A stretch of 64,000 nucleotides of DNA. Source: Vicinamibacteria bacterium (GTDB taxonomy: Bacteria; Acidobacteriota; Vicinamibacteria; Marinacidobacterales; Marinacidobacteraceae). Location of the stretch: the NCBI GenBank assembly GCA_964291235.2, contig OZ219816.1:800001-864000 (forward strand). The letters run 5' to 3'. The position numbers and the translations under genes were made by a program. Shown here piece by piece: positions 17,391 to 27,117 of this stretch. The notes below the pieces were generated by a model that saw only the letters and a program-made list of their open reading frames with translations, had not been told where the DNA came from and searched no databases. The number at the start of each line of letters is the position of its first letter. Positions within the stretch are counted from its first letter, which is position 1.

Positions 17391-19169
17391 ATGACTCATA
17401 CGACGTTCCCATCGGCGTTTCGCCTTTCCGTCGGTCTATGGCGTCGGCTCGCTCCGGCCGCCGCAGTCGGGCTGGCCGCCGTGCTTGGCGCGGGGAGCGT
17501 TGCGGCCCAGGACGAAGAACCGCTGAACCGCCGGGAGGTTTCGCGCGCGATCGACATCGCCGAGGAGCACATCGACGATGCCGAGCGCGCCCTCCGGAAC
17601 GAGGACGCGGAAGCGGCCACCGCTGCCTACAGCCAGGCGGGCGGGCTCTTCCTGCGCATCCTGCAGGACCATCCCTATCGCAGGGACATCCGGATGAGGC
17701 TCGGCCGCATCTATCGCCACTTCGAAGAGTGGGAGAACGTCGCGGGCGCCTTCGAAGAGGCTCTGAAGACGGATCCGCCGGGCGCCGATGAGGACGTGGA
17801 TGGCTGGGCGATCGAGACCGTCGAGGACGCCGACGAGATCCTCGAAGCCTGGACCGCATTGACCACCGCCTACGGGAACCTGGAGAACGATCTCAAGGTC
17901 ATCGAGGCCGGACAGAAGGTCATCGAACTGAATCCCAGTCCGACGGCGAGCACTTTCGTGGCGATTGGATCCAGCATGGCCCGGCAGGGGCAGTTCGACG
18001 AAGCCTCCGACATGGCCCAGCGCGCCCTGGAGATCGAACCCAACAGTGCTTTGGCTCACTCGACCCTCGGTCAGGCCGCTGCCGCCGGGGGGGATCTGGA
18101 CGCTGCCGAGACGTCCTTCCAGCGCGCCGTCGAACTCGATCCGAGTACGGCGCGGGCTCATGCCGGCCTCGCCGACATCTACTACTCCCGCGAGGACTTT
18201 CAGGCGGCTGTGGACGCGGCGACCGCCGCCCTCGACCTGAACGACCAGCTGACGGCGGCCTACGGGATCCGGGGTCTGGCGAACAATGCCCTCGGCAAGT
18301 CCCAGCAGGCCCAGGGTGACTTGTCCATGGCGGTTACCGTGAACCCTGACGATCCGGCGGCGAACCTCGCGTTCGCCCAGGTGTACGAGGCGCTGGAGAA
18401 CAGGGCCCAGGCAATGAGCTACTACCGCAAGGTCACGACTCTCGCCAACTCTCCGCCGGCTTCCCGGGTGGCGGCCCACGTCGCGCTCGGGCGCTTCGCC
18501 ATCCAGGATCTGAACTACGACGACGCCGTCACCGAGATGAACGCGGCGGTCGCTGCCGACCCGAACTCGGACGAAGCCAAGGCGGGACTCGGGATGGCGA
18601 ACCACGCGAGCGCCAAGGCGAAGCGCCAGGCCCAGGACATGGCCGGAGCCCTGGCCGCCGCGCAGGCCGCCGCCGGCGCCGATCCCGACAACCCGGTGTA
18701 CCAGGTGGAGCACGGCATCGCGCTCATCCTGAACCAGATGGTGGCTGAAGCGGTGCCGGTCCTCGAAGCCGGGGTCCCGAATTTTCCCGCCGACGGGAAC
18801 ATGGACGACCTCGCGGTCGGTCACTGGGCGCTCGGCCAGGCCTACATGGCGTCGCAGAACTTCGCCGGAGCGGAGACCCAGTTCTCCGAGGCGACCCAGA
18901 AGATGGCCAGTTGGGGAGCGCCCTTCCAGATGCTGGCGTGGGCCCATACCGCCCAGATTGCGTACGGACCCTGCCGGCTCAGGGACGCCGACTTCGGGGC
19001 CAGGATGCAGGCGGCCGGAGTGGGTTGTCCGGCAAGCGACGCCGACTATGAGCGAGTGAATCAGGCCGTGGCGGAATACGAGAAAGCGGTGGCGCTCGGC
19101 GTTCAGGATCCCACGCTCGCGGAGCGTCTCGCGGTGCTCCAGGAGGTCCGGAATCAGATCGCCGAATAA
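17391..19169 (+). CDS. Exported tetratricopeptide repeat protein
   Basis: GGAGG at 17381-17385 before ATG 17391; signal peptide ending AAQ; repeated ALEIEPNSALAH, AVELDPSTARAH and AVTVNPDDPAAN TPR units. Confidence 0.85.
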   Translation: MTHTTFPSAFRLSVGLWRRLAPAAAVGLAAVLGAGSVAAQDEEPLNRREVSRAIDIAEEHIDDAERALRNEDAEAATAAYSQAGGLFLRILQDHPYRRDIRMRLGRIYRHFEEWENVAGAFEEALKTDPPGADEDVDGWAIETVEDADEILEAWTALTTAYGNLENDLKVIEAGQKVIELNPSPTASTFVAIGSSMARQGQFDEASDMAQRALEIEPNSALAHSTLGQAAAAGGDLDAAETSFQRAVELDPSTARAHAGLADIYYSREDFQAAVDAATAALDLNDQLTAAYGIRGLANNALGKSQQAQGDLSMAVTVNPDDPAANLAFAQVYEALENRAQAMSYYRKVTTLANSPPASRVAAHVALGRFAIQDLNYDDAVTEMNAAVAADPNSDEAKAGLGMANHASAKAKRQAQDMAGALAAAQAAAGADPDNPVYQVEHGIALILNQMVAEAVPVLEAGVPNFPADGNMDDLAVGHWALGQAYMASQNFAGAETQFSEATQKMASWGAPFQMLAWAHTAQIAYGPCRLRDADFGARMQAAGVGCPASDADYERVNQAVAEYEKAVALGVQDPTLAERLAVLQEVRNQIAE

Positions 19170-19227
19170 GGCCGATCCGCCTGACGTCGGGGGGCTGCTT
19201 TCCTGCCTTGCCGGGGAGCAGCCCCCG

Positions 19228-20352
19228 ATGGAGGACATGCTGGGGCGATTTGTCCGCATCGAATCCCCGACTGACGACCCCGGCGCGACCGCCCGGATGG
19301 GGGATGAGGCCGTAGCCGCACTCACGGACAGCGCCCCGCGTTTGCTGAGGGACGCCGTGGTGTCCCGGGTGCCGGCGACGGCGGGTGGCCCTCCGCGCGG
19401 CCCGCACGTGCTGGTGCGGATCCCGGGATCCTCGGCGCTGGAGAAACCGTTACTGCTGCTTGGCCATCTCGATACGGTTTGGCCGCACGGCACCCTCGAA
19501 GAGATTCCGTTCCGGATCGAGGACGGAGTGGCCCGCGGCCCGGGTGTGTACGACATGAAGGCGGGTCTGGTGCAGACGATCTGGGCCCTCCGCACTCTTG
19601 ACCGGGAGGGGCTCCAGCCGCGCCGGCCGCTCACCATCCTCTGGAACAGCGACGAGGAGGCGGGGAGCGCCGCGAGCCGTGAACTCATCGAGGCGGAGGG
19701 GGCCGCGGCCGGCGCCTGCCTGGTGATGGAGCCCTCGCTTCCCGGAGGCGCCGCCAAGACCAGCCGCCGCGGGGTGGGGATCCTGCGCGTCCGGGTCCGG
19801 GGGCGGGCGGCCCATGCGGGTCTCGACCCCGAGCGCGGGATCAACGCCATCACCGAACTCAGCCGGATCGTGATCGCCGTCGCCGGCCTCTCGGAGCCGG
19901 CGCGCGGCATCAGCGCGAACGTGGGGCTGATCCGGGGCGGGTCGCGGACCAACGTGGTCCCGGCCGAGGCAACGGCCGACGTGGACATCCGGATGGACGA
20001 TCCGGAATCGGGAGCGGAACTCATCGCGGCGCTCCGGAGCCTCGGCGCGGAACACGAAGAAGCCCGGGTGGAGTGGACCGGGGGCGTGAACCGTCCTCCG
20101 CTGGTGCGGAACCGTGGCGTCCTCGCTCTCTACGAGCGAGCCCGGAGCCTGGCAGCGGAACTCGACTGGGACCTCGGGGAGGGTTCCGCGGGTGGGGGCT
20201 CCGACGGCAACATCGTGGCCGGCCTCGGGACCCCGGTGCTCGATGGGCTCGGCCCCCTCGGCGACGGCGCCCACGCCCGGCACGAACAGGTCGTGACCTC
20301 GGATCTGCCGCGCCGCGCCGCGCTTCTGGCCGCCCTGCTGCTGGAACTCTGA
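19228..20352 (+). CDS. M20 family metallopeptidase (glutamate carboxypeptidase-like)
   Basis: GHLDTVW, GPGVYDMKAG, SDEEAGS, GRAAHAG, GGGSDGN, GAHARHE. Confidence 0.92.
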   Translation: MEDMLGRFVRIESPTDDPGATARMGDEAVAALTDSAPRLLRDAVVSRVPATAGGPPRGPHVLVRIPGSSALEKPLLLLGHLDTVWPHGTLEEIPFRIEDGVARGPGVYDMKAGLVQTIWALRTLDREGLQPRRPLTILWNSDEEAGSAASRELIEAEGAAAGACLVMEPSLPGGAAKTSRRGVGILRVRVRGRAAHAGLDPERGINAITELSRIVIAVAGLSEPARGISANVGLIRGGSRTNVVPAEATADVDIRMDDPESGAELIAALRSLGAEHEEARVEWTGGVNRPPLVRNRGVLALYERARSLAAELDWDLGEGSAGGGSDGNIVAGLGTPVLDGLGPLGDGAHARHEQVVTSDLPRRAALLAALLLEL

Positions 20353-20409
20353 GCCGGCAAACGCCGGGCAACCTGCCTGGCGGCGCCGCATTGGGGGTGG
20401 ATTGAGTCC

Positions 20410-20745
20410 GGGAGTTTCGCAGGAACCCCCACCGGGAGAGCTGGGCCGGCCTCCGGCCGGCATCGCGGCCGCAGGCCGCGAAACTCCCAGACCCAGTCAT
20501 CCTTGATAGCGGCAACCCAAACGGGGACGGCGCATCGCTCTACCGCCGCCTGAGCGGCGCTGCGCCATGCCGCCGGGCGGCGGCGCCATCCTGGCGGATC
20601 AGGTTGGGGAGTTTCGCCCGCTGCGCGGGCGATGCCAGCCGGAGGCTGGCCCAGTTCTCCCGGTGGGGGTTCCTGGCCGCGAAACTCCCATCGTCAACCC
20701 GCCAGGATGGCGCAGCAGCCCGGCAGTGTGGCGCTGCGCCGGCCG
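20410..20745. repeat. Composite palindromic repeat cluster (REP/MITE-like), copy 1, between convergent genes
   Basis: Units 20410-20488 and 20607-20689 are inverted copies, each bounded by GGGAGTTTCGC...GCGAAACTCCC. 20563-20597 recurs inverted at about 20699-20734. About 20425-20596 matches 30308-30482. Confidence 0.88.
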
Positions 20746-21486
20746 TCAGAGGATTTGGCTGAGGAAGGTCCTGGTGCGCTCGTCGGCCGGTTTCTCGAAG
20801 AACTGGTCCGGGGGCAGGCATTCCACGATGCTGCCCTCGTCCATGAAGGCCACTCTGTCGGCCACCGTCCGGGCGAAGCCCATCTCGTGGGTGACCACGA
20901 TCATGGTCATTCCGCTCTGGGCGAGATCGTTCATCACGTCGAGGACTTCCGTGATCATCACCGGGTCCAGGGCTGAGGTGGGTTCGTCGAACAGCATGAC
21001 CCGGGGCTGCATGCACAGGGACCGGGCGATCGCCGCCCGCTGTTGCTGGCCGCCCGAAAGCTGGCCGGGGTACTTGGCGGCCTGCTCCGGGATCCGGACC
21101 CGGGTGAGGAACTCCATCGCCCGCTGCCGGGCCTCCGCCTCGGTCAGCCCGAGCACCTTGGCCGGCCCGAGCACGCAATTGTCCAGCACGGTCAGGTGGG
21201 GGAAGAGGTTGAACTCCTGGAACACCATGCCGATCTCGCGGCGGATTGCGGGGAGATCGGCCGTTTCGCCGTCGAGTTCCCGTCCGGCGAAGACGATGCG
21301 GCCCTCCTCGTGTTCTTCGAGGCGATTGATACACCGGATCAGCGTGGACTTCCCCGATCCCGAAGGGCCGCAGATCACGATGCGTTCGCCTTCGAGGACC
21401 CGCAGGTGCACATCGCGGAGGACGTGAAAGTCCCCGAACCACTTGTTTACGCCCTCGAGAGCGATCAATGCCTCTGCTGAAGTCAC
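20746..21486 (-). CDS. Polar amino acid ABC transporter ATP-binding protein (GlnQ-like)
   Basis: [38 protein letters not shown]. Confidence 0.95.
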   Translation of the reverse strand: MTSAEALIALEGVNKWFGDFHVLRDVHLRVLEGERIVICGPSGSGKSTLIRCINRLEEHEEGRIVFAGRELDGETADLPAIRREIGMVFQEFNLFPHLTVLDNCVLGPAKVLGLTEAEARQRAMEFLTRVRIPEQAAKYPGQLSGGQQQRAAIARSLCMQPRVMLFDEPTSALDPVMITEVLDVMNDLAQSGMTMIVVTHEMGFARTVADRVAFMDEGSIVECLPPDQFFEKPADERTRTFLSQIL

Positions 21487-21499
21487 CGGGTCCGTCCGT

Positions 21500-22390
21500 T
21501 CAGGTGCGCGCCACGGCGGCGCTCTTCTCGAGTCGGTCGAACGCCTGCGACAGGAAGTAACACAGCAAGAAGTACAACGCGGCCACCGTAATCCATACCT
21601 CGAACACGCGAGTGGTCGAGACCGCGGTCTCCATCGCCAGGAAGGTCAGTTCCTGGATCGAGATCAGGGAGAGGATGGAAGAGTCCTTCACCAGGGTAAT
21701 GAACTGGCCGGCCAGCGGCGGGATCACCCTGCGGATGGCCTGCGGGAGGATCACCCGGCGCCAGAGTTGCCACCGCGAGAGCCCGAGGCTCAGTCCGGCT
21801 TCGGTCTGGGTCTTCGGAATGGACTGGATTCCGGCCCGCACGATCTCGGTCATGTAGGCGCCCTGGAACATGGCGAGACAGATGACGCCGGAGATCACGT
21901 TCGGGATCAGGGTGGACGGGCCGAGCAGAAGTTCCAGCGAGCTCACTGTCCCCGGCGATGCCCGGCGCACGAGATCCTCCACCCCCAGAAGCGGCATGAC
22001 CTGGCTGCTGATGAAGAAGTAGAAGATGAAAATGAAGACGAGGGGCGGGAGATTCCGGATCAACTCGACATACGTCCGGCTGAGCAGCCGCGGCAACACC
22101 CGGCGGCTGGTCCGCATGACACCGAAGACCCCTCCGACCAGGGCGGCCGGAACCATGCTGAGCAACGCCAGCCGGATCGTCGTGAAGAAGCCCTGCATCA
22201 GCAGGTTCGGAACCCAGCGCTCGAGTTCCTGGTCCCAGCGGTAGAGAAAGTGCGGGATAACGGTCCAGTCCCAGCGGTACTCCAGAACGGAGTCCACCCG
22301 GTGGACGACGTAAAGGACGGCCGCGAGGGCCCCGGCCAGAACCGCTGCGTCGATCCATCCCAGGCGCGCCCGCCTGGTCCCCGGAATCAC
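21500..22390 (-). CDS. Amino acid ABC transporter permease
   Basis: [37 protein letters not shown]. Confidence 0.93.
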   Translation of the reverse strand: MIPGTRRARLGWIDAAVLAGALAAVLYVVHRVDSVLEYRWDWTVIPHFLYRWDQELERWVPNLLMQGFFTTIRLALLSMVPAALVGGVFGVMRTSRRVLPRLLSRTYVELIRNLPPLVFIFIFYFFISSQVMPLLGVEDLVRRASPGTVSSLELLLGPSTLIPNVISGVICLAMFQGAYMTEIVRAGIQSIPKTQTEAGLSLGLSRWQLWRRVILPQAIRRVIPPLAGQFITLVKDSSILSLISIQELTFLAMETAVSTTRVFEVWITVAALYFLLCYFLSQAFDRLEKSAAVART

Positions 22391-23241
22391 GGCTGCGACG
22401 CACTCCCGGGGCGAACCTCGTCGAGCCAGTTCGTTGACTTGAACCAGTAGTCGTAGCGCTCCTGAAGCCAGCCGCTTGTGGTGTTTACCCGGATCCAGTT
22501 GGAAAAGAAGTTCAGCGCGTCCGGATCCCCCTGGCGCAGTCCGAACGCTTCGTCACCCTGCGAGAGGTTGTCGGTGGTCGGGAGGAAGAGGAGTTCCGGG
22601 TTGCGGCCCGCCCACTCCACCGGTTTCGGGTAGGAGGAGACGATGGCGTGGGCATTGCCGTTCAGCACTTCCTGAAGCGCCTGGAGGTCGTCGTCGAATC
22701 TGCGGACGGTTGCCGCCGGGAACAGCCGCCCCACATCGTTGCAGGCAGTGGCGCCGCGCCGGCAGGTGAGGGTCACGGCTTCGCTGTCGTAGCCATCCGG
22801 CCACGGGAGATCGCCGGCGAGCGTCCGGCTGGCCGCGATTCCCATACCCGAGTGCGCGTAGGGGATCGTGAAGTTGATCGTCAGGTTCCGCTGGGGGCGG
22901 ATGCTGAGGCCGCCGATGATCACGTCGAACTTGCCGGCCAGCAGGGCGGGAATGATGCCGTCCCAGGAGGTCGGCACGAACTCGACGCTCACTCCCATGT
23001 CCCGGGCCACTTTCGTCGCGACATCCACTTCGAAGCCGACGAGGTTGCCGTTCCGGTCGCGCATCGCCCACGGTTCGAACGTCGAAATGCCCACCTTCAG
23101 AGCGCCGCGCCGCTGGATGGTCCGGACGACGCTCTCGGTGGCCGCCTGCTGTCCGGCGCACCGCACCTGGAGTCCGGCGACGGCAGCCACCGAGAGGACG
23201 ACGGCCAGCGCCATGGGGGACCGGGGACCGGCAAAGTTCAT
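22387..23241 (-). CDS. Amino acid ABC transporter substrate-binding protein (family 3)
   Basis: GFEVDVA, WDGIIPALLAGKFDVIIGG, INFTIPY. AAGGAG precedes ATG 23241 (alternative start 23283). Confidence 0.92.
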   Translation of the reverse strand: MNFAGPRSPMALAVVLSVAAVAGLQVRCAGQQAATESVVRTIQRRGALKVGISTFEPWAMRDRNGNLVGFEVDVATKVARDMGVSVEFVPTSWDGIIPALLAGKFDVIIGGLSIRPQRNLTINFTIPYAHSGMGIAASRTLAGDLPWPDGYDSEAVTLTCRRGATACNDVGRLFPAATVRRFDDDLQALQEVLNGNAHAIVSSYPKPVEWAGRNPELLFLPTTDNLSQGDEAFGLRQGDPDALNFFSNWIRVNTTSGWLQERYDYWFKSTNWLDEVRPGSASQP

Positions 23242-23282
23242 TCTTGTCTCCTTGTTTCCGGTAGGGATTGGAGCGCGGGACA

Positions 23283-24113
23283 TCAGGCGCGCACCCGATG
23301 CTCCAGACGAGTCGCCACGACGGAGAGAGCCACGGTGAACGCGAGGTAGATGGCGGCCACCATCAGCCAGATCTCGAAGCTCAGGAACGTCTCCGCGATG
23401 ATGTTTCTGGCCTCGGTGGTGAGGTCGAACACCGCGATGACGCTCACGATCGCCGAGTTCCGGATGAGGGAGATCACGATTCCGGTGAGGGGCGGCAGCA
23501 TCAGCGGGACCGCCTGCGGCAGGATCACCGAGCGGTAGAGCGCCGCCCGCCCGAGGCCGATGCTGGCGCCCGCTTCCCACTGTCCGCGACGCACCGACAG
23601 GATGCCCGCCCGGATTGCCTCCCCGGCGAAAGCTCCCTCAAAGACCGAGAGCGCGAGGACCCCGACCCAGAAGCGATCGAGGCCGAGAATTGGTCCGAGG
23701 ACGAAGTAGAAGAGATAGACCTGGATCAGCAGCGGCGTGCTGCGCACTCCTTCCAGATAGACCTTGGCGAGGAGCCGTCCCGAGAACGAATCCGAAAGCC
23801 GCAGGAGCGCCAGCGCGAGGCCGATGCCGAGGGTGACGAGGATGCTCCAGGCGGTGAGCGCCAGCGTGACCGTGAGCCCGTGCGCGAGCGGCCCCCACAG
23901 GAGTTCTCCCTCGACGATCCGGAAGAGGTACTCGGGAACGCGGAACCACTGCCAGTTGTAGCCCAGGCCGGCGGCGCCGGAGACCGCAAGGCCCAGCACG
24001 GCGCCGGCGAAGACCGTGAACTGGAGGACATCGAACCACGCCGCGTTCCACCAGCGGCCGCGGTGGAGCGCAACGGGGCGCGGGCGGGCCGCCGGCGACT
24101 TCCCACCCATCAC
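23283..24113 (-). CDS. Amino acid ABC transporter permease
   Basis: RSTPLLIQ, EAIRAGILSVRRGQWEAGASIGL, ILPQA. Confidence 0.93.
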   Translation of the reverse strand: MMGGKSPAARPRPVALHRGRWWNAAWFDVLQFTVFAGAVLGLAVSGAAGLGYNWQWFRVPEYLFRIVEGELLWGPLAHGLTVTLALTAWSILVTLGIGLALALLRLSDSFSGRLLAKVYLEGVRSTPLLIQVYLFYFVLGPILGLDRFWVGVLALSVFEGAFAGEAIRAGILSVRRGQWEAGASIGLGRAALYRSVILPQAVPLMLPPLTGIVISLIRNSAIVSVIAVFDLTTEARNIIAETFLSFEIWLMVAAIYLAFTVALSVVATRLEHRVRA

Positions 24114-24349
24114 CTGCTCCTATCGTCTTCCGGAGGCGGAAAAGTCAGTTCTCGGACAGGGTTCGGGATCGCCCGATCCGTGTTGGCGGCGCCGGTCTCA
24201 TGCTTTCTTGCCGTCCGGTCACCCGCGGTGACGAAACGAAAGGTTGACTTCGAAGGTACGAAAGTGGTACCAACACAATATCGCGTGTAGTTCGTAAGAA
24301 GGAAGAACGGCACGTAAACCGAAACGAGACGGATCCTTGGAGGGACGAC

Positions 24350-24718
24350 ATGGCTAACAGAGTACTCGTGGGCCTGGGCACGATTATCGGGCTCTTGATG
24401 GGCTTCGCACCCGGAGTGGTCCCGATGGACTCGCTCCTCATGGTTGTCATCGGCATCGTGTATGCCGTGATGAACGTCGATGCCGAGGACGCGACCGGGT
24501 TCCTGGTGGTGGCCATCGCGGTCGGTCTTGCGACCGGCGATCACACGATAGTCGGTCACGAGATGGACGATCACATGATGCACCATCATGGGGTACTCAC
24601 CCACATCCCGGTTATCGGAGAGCAGCTCAGCGGAGCGTTCGGCGCGCTCCAGATTGCGCTCTACGCCGGAGTCGCTACCGTCGCCGCGACGCGGATCTTC
24701 AACCGCCTCAAGGGCTGA
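24350..24718 (+). CDS. Small integral membrane protein with a His/Met-rich loop
   Basis: GGAGGG RBS; about four hydrophobic segments; loop GDHTIVGHEMDDHMMHHHGVLTH. Confidence 0.8.
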   Translation: MANRVLVGLGTIIGLLMGFAPGVVPMDSLLMVVIGIVYAVMNVDAEDATGFLVVAIAVGLATGDHTIVGHEMDDHMMHHHGVLTHIPVIGEQLSGAFGALQIALYAGVATVAATRIFNRLKG

Positions 24719-24737
24719 CGAACCGACGCGGACAGAT

Positions 24738-24760
24738 GACGGCATTGGCCGTCTTCCGTT
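24738..24760 (+). terminator. Possible weak intrinsic terminator
   Basis: GACGGC-ATTG-GCCGTC followed by TTCCGTT, about 20 nt after the stop codon. Confidence 0.3.
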
Positions 24761-25014
24761 CGTGACGCTGGCGGGGTCGCGCCCGGCGCGCTCCCGCCGG
24801 CCAGCCGCCCGGCTCGGTCCGGTCTGCGCCGCCGGCGCTTCCTACCTTCGCGGACGTCGGTGCTTCAGGCGCCGCTAGCCGGTTCGGAGCCGGCGCAAGC
24901 CGCATTCCGGCGGCGCTCGGTCCAGCCGTCCCTGTGCCGGGGCGGTCCGACGCCGTCCGGAACCGTCTCCGGGTCGCGGCGGGCCGTGCGGCCCGGAAAC
25001 GCCATAATTCCGGG

Positions 25015-25356
25015 ATGAGCGAGCTGGCGAGCAGGAGTTGCGTTCCGTGCCGGGGCGGGGTGCCCCCGATGGATTCGGCGGAGGTGGAGAACTACCTCGG
25101 CAGGATCGAGGGATGGGGACACGCCGAACACCGCCGGATTTCCCGAACGTTTGTCTTTCCCGACTTCGTGAAGGCGCTGGGTTTCGCGAACCGGGTTGGC
25201 GAGATCGCCGAGACGGAAGGGCATCACCCCGATCTGCTGGTCGCCTGGGGGCGCGTCGAGGTCACCATCTGGACCCACAAGGTGAACGGGCTCACCGAGA
25301 GCGACTTCATCCTCGCCGCGAAGATCGATCGCCTCTCCCGCGGCGCCGCGCCCTGA
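25015..25356 (+). CDS. phhB: Pterin-4-alpha-carbinolamine dehydratase
   Basis: CVPCRGG, FPDFVKALGFANRVG, AETEGHHPD, WTHKVNGLTESDFILAAKID. Start moved to ATG 25015. Confidence 0.93.
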   Translation: MSELASRSCVPCRGGVPPMDSAEVENYLGRIEGWGHAEHRRISRTFVFPDFVKALGFANRVGEIAETEGHHPDLLVAWGRVEVTIWTHKVNGLTESDFILAAKIDRLSRGAAP

Positions 25357-25448
25357 CGGGCCTCCTGACAAACTCCCTGACGCACCTCGCGACGAACCGC
25401 GGCAGCACCCAACGTTCGCCGCCGGATTCTCCCGCTCCGGCATAGGCC

Positions 25449-26885
25449 ATGACCCATCTGACTCCTGAGGAATTCGTTCACGACGGCCGGGCTGTCCTGG
25501 ATTGGCTCGCCGACTACTGGCGCCGGGTCGAGGATCTGCCCGTTCTTTCCCGGGTACGCCCCGGCGAGATTCGCGCCCTCCTGCCGGAACATCCTCCCGA
25601 GAGCGGCGAACCGTTCGACGCGGTGATGCAGGACCTCGACCGGATCGTGCTCCCCGGCCTGACGAATTGGCAGTCGCCGAGTTTTTACGCGTTCTTCCCG
25701 TCGAACAACTCCGGTCCGTCGGTCCTCGGGGAGCTGCTTGCCGCCGGCCTGGGAGTGCAGGGCATGCTCTGGGCGACGAGTCCGGCGTGCACCGAACTGG
25801 AGACGCACGTCCTCGATTGGCTGGTGGAGTTGCTGGATCTGCCTCCGGCTTTTCGGTCGGACGGCCCCGGTGGCGGCGTCATCCAGGACACCGCTTCCTC
25901 TGCCACGCTGACCGCCCTTCTCGCCGCGCGCGAGCGCGCTACCGCGTTTGAGTCGAACCGGATCGGCGTTCGGGCGCCACTCGTGGCGTACGGGTCGGAA
26001 GAGTCCCACTCCTCGCTCCTCAAGGCGGTCCGGATCGCCGGGCTGGGGAGCGACAACCTGCGCTCGATTCCGGTGGACCCGAGGACCCGCGCCGCCCGGC
26101 CCGAGGCGCTCGCGGCCCTGATTCGCGAGGATCTCGCCGCGGGGCGGGTTCCCTGCTTCGTGGCGGTGACGCTGGGCACCACCTCGACCGGGGCATTCGA
26201 TCCGCTCGCCAGCATCGGGAGAATCGCCCGGGAACATCGGATCTGGGTCCACGTGGACGCCGCCATGTCGGGGACCGCGTTCCTGTGCCCGGAGTTTCGT
26301 TACCTGCAGGCGGGTACGGAGTTTGCCGACTCCTACTGTTTCAACCCGCACAAGTGGATGTTCACCAACTTCGATTGCGACGCTTTCTGGGTCCGGGATC
26401 GCCGAGCGCTCATCGACACGCTCTCGGTGACTCCGGAATACCTGAAGAACCGGGCCTCCGAGGCAGGGGAGGTCCTTGACTATCGGGATTGGCAGATCCC
26501 GCTCGGCAGGCGATTCCGGGCCCTCAAGCTGTGGCTGGTACTCCGGCACTACGGCGCCGAAGGGCTCCGGGCGCACATCCGGGAGCACGTGGCCCTCGGC
26601 CAGGAGTTCCTCGAGTGGGTCGAAAGCGCCGACGACTTCGAAGTCCTGACCCCGGCGCCGCTGAACCACGTCACGTTCCGCTATCGCCGGGAGGGCGTCC
26701 CGCCGGATGACCTGAACCGCCGCCTGCTGCAGGCGCTCAACGAGTCCGGCCGTCTCTATCTCACCCATACCCGCGTTCCCGCCGGGATCGCGCTGCGCAT
26801 GGTGGTGGCCCAGACTCAAACCACCCGCGCCCACGTGGTGGACGCCTGGGACCGGATCACCCGCACCGCCCGCGGGCTCCCCTAG
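25449..26885 (+). CDS. PLP-dependent aromatic L-amino acid decarboxylase (group II)
   Basis: WQSPSFYAFFP, SPACTELE, HVDAA, FNPHKW (PLP lysine), DYRDWQIPLGRRFRALKLW. Confidence 0.93.
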   Translation: MTHLTPEEFVHDGRAVLDWLADYWRRVEDLPVLSRVRPGEIRALLPEHPPESGEPFDAVMQDLDRIVLPGLTNWQSPSFYAFFPSNNSGPSVLGELLAAGLGVQGMLWATSPACTELETHVLDWLVELLDLPPAFRSDGPGGGVIQDTASSATLTALLAARERATAFESNRIGVRAPLVAYGSEESHSSLLKAVRIAGLGSDNLRSIPVDPRTRAARPEALAALIREDLAAGRVPCFVAVTLGTTSTGAFDPLASIGRIAREHRIWVHVDAAMSGTAFLCPEFRYLQAGTEFADSYCFNPHKWMFTNFDCDAFWVRDRRALIDTLSVTPEYLKNRASEAGEVLDYRDWQIPLGRRFRALKLWLVLRHYGAEGLRAHIREHVALGQEFLEWVESADDFEVLTPAPLNHVTFRYRREGVPPDDLNRRLLQALNESGRLYLTHTRVPAGIALRMVVAQTQTTRAHVVDAWDRITRTARGLP

Positions 26886-27082
26886 CAGCCTGTGGTGAAA
26901 CCCCCGTGAGCGCCGAGAGTGGCGAGGCCCAGTTCTCCCGGTGGGGGTCCGGCTGACAAGGCGCGTAAGGGAGGAATACCGGGTGTATTTCGACCGAAAC
27001 GCAACGCAGAGCGCCGCAAAGCGGCGCGGCTCAGCCGGGATGCATCGCCGCTTGAACGCCGCGGGGGTTTTGCCACAGGCTG
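26886..27082. mobile_element. MITE, 197 bp, with IS5-like ends
   Basis: TIR CAGCCTGTGGTGAAACCCCCG / CGGGGGTTTTGCCACAGGCTG. CTAG duplicated at 26882-26885 and 27083-27086. Core matches 39642-39820 in reverse. Confidence 0.88.
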
Positions 27083-27117
27083 CTAGCAGCTGCCGGCCGG
27101 GTTGAGCCCGCGGCGGT

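Noticed and set aside
20410-20745. CRISPR array
   Set aside because: The repeats are inverted and nested, not direct repeats with unique equal-length spacers, and no cas genes are present.
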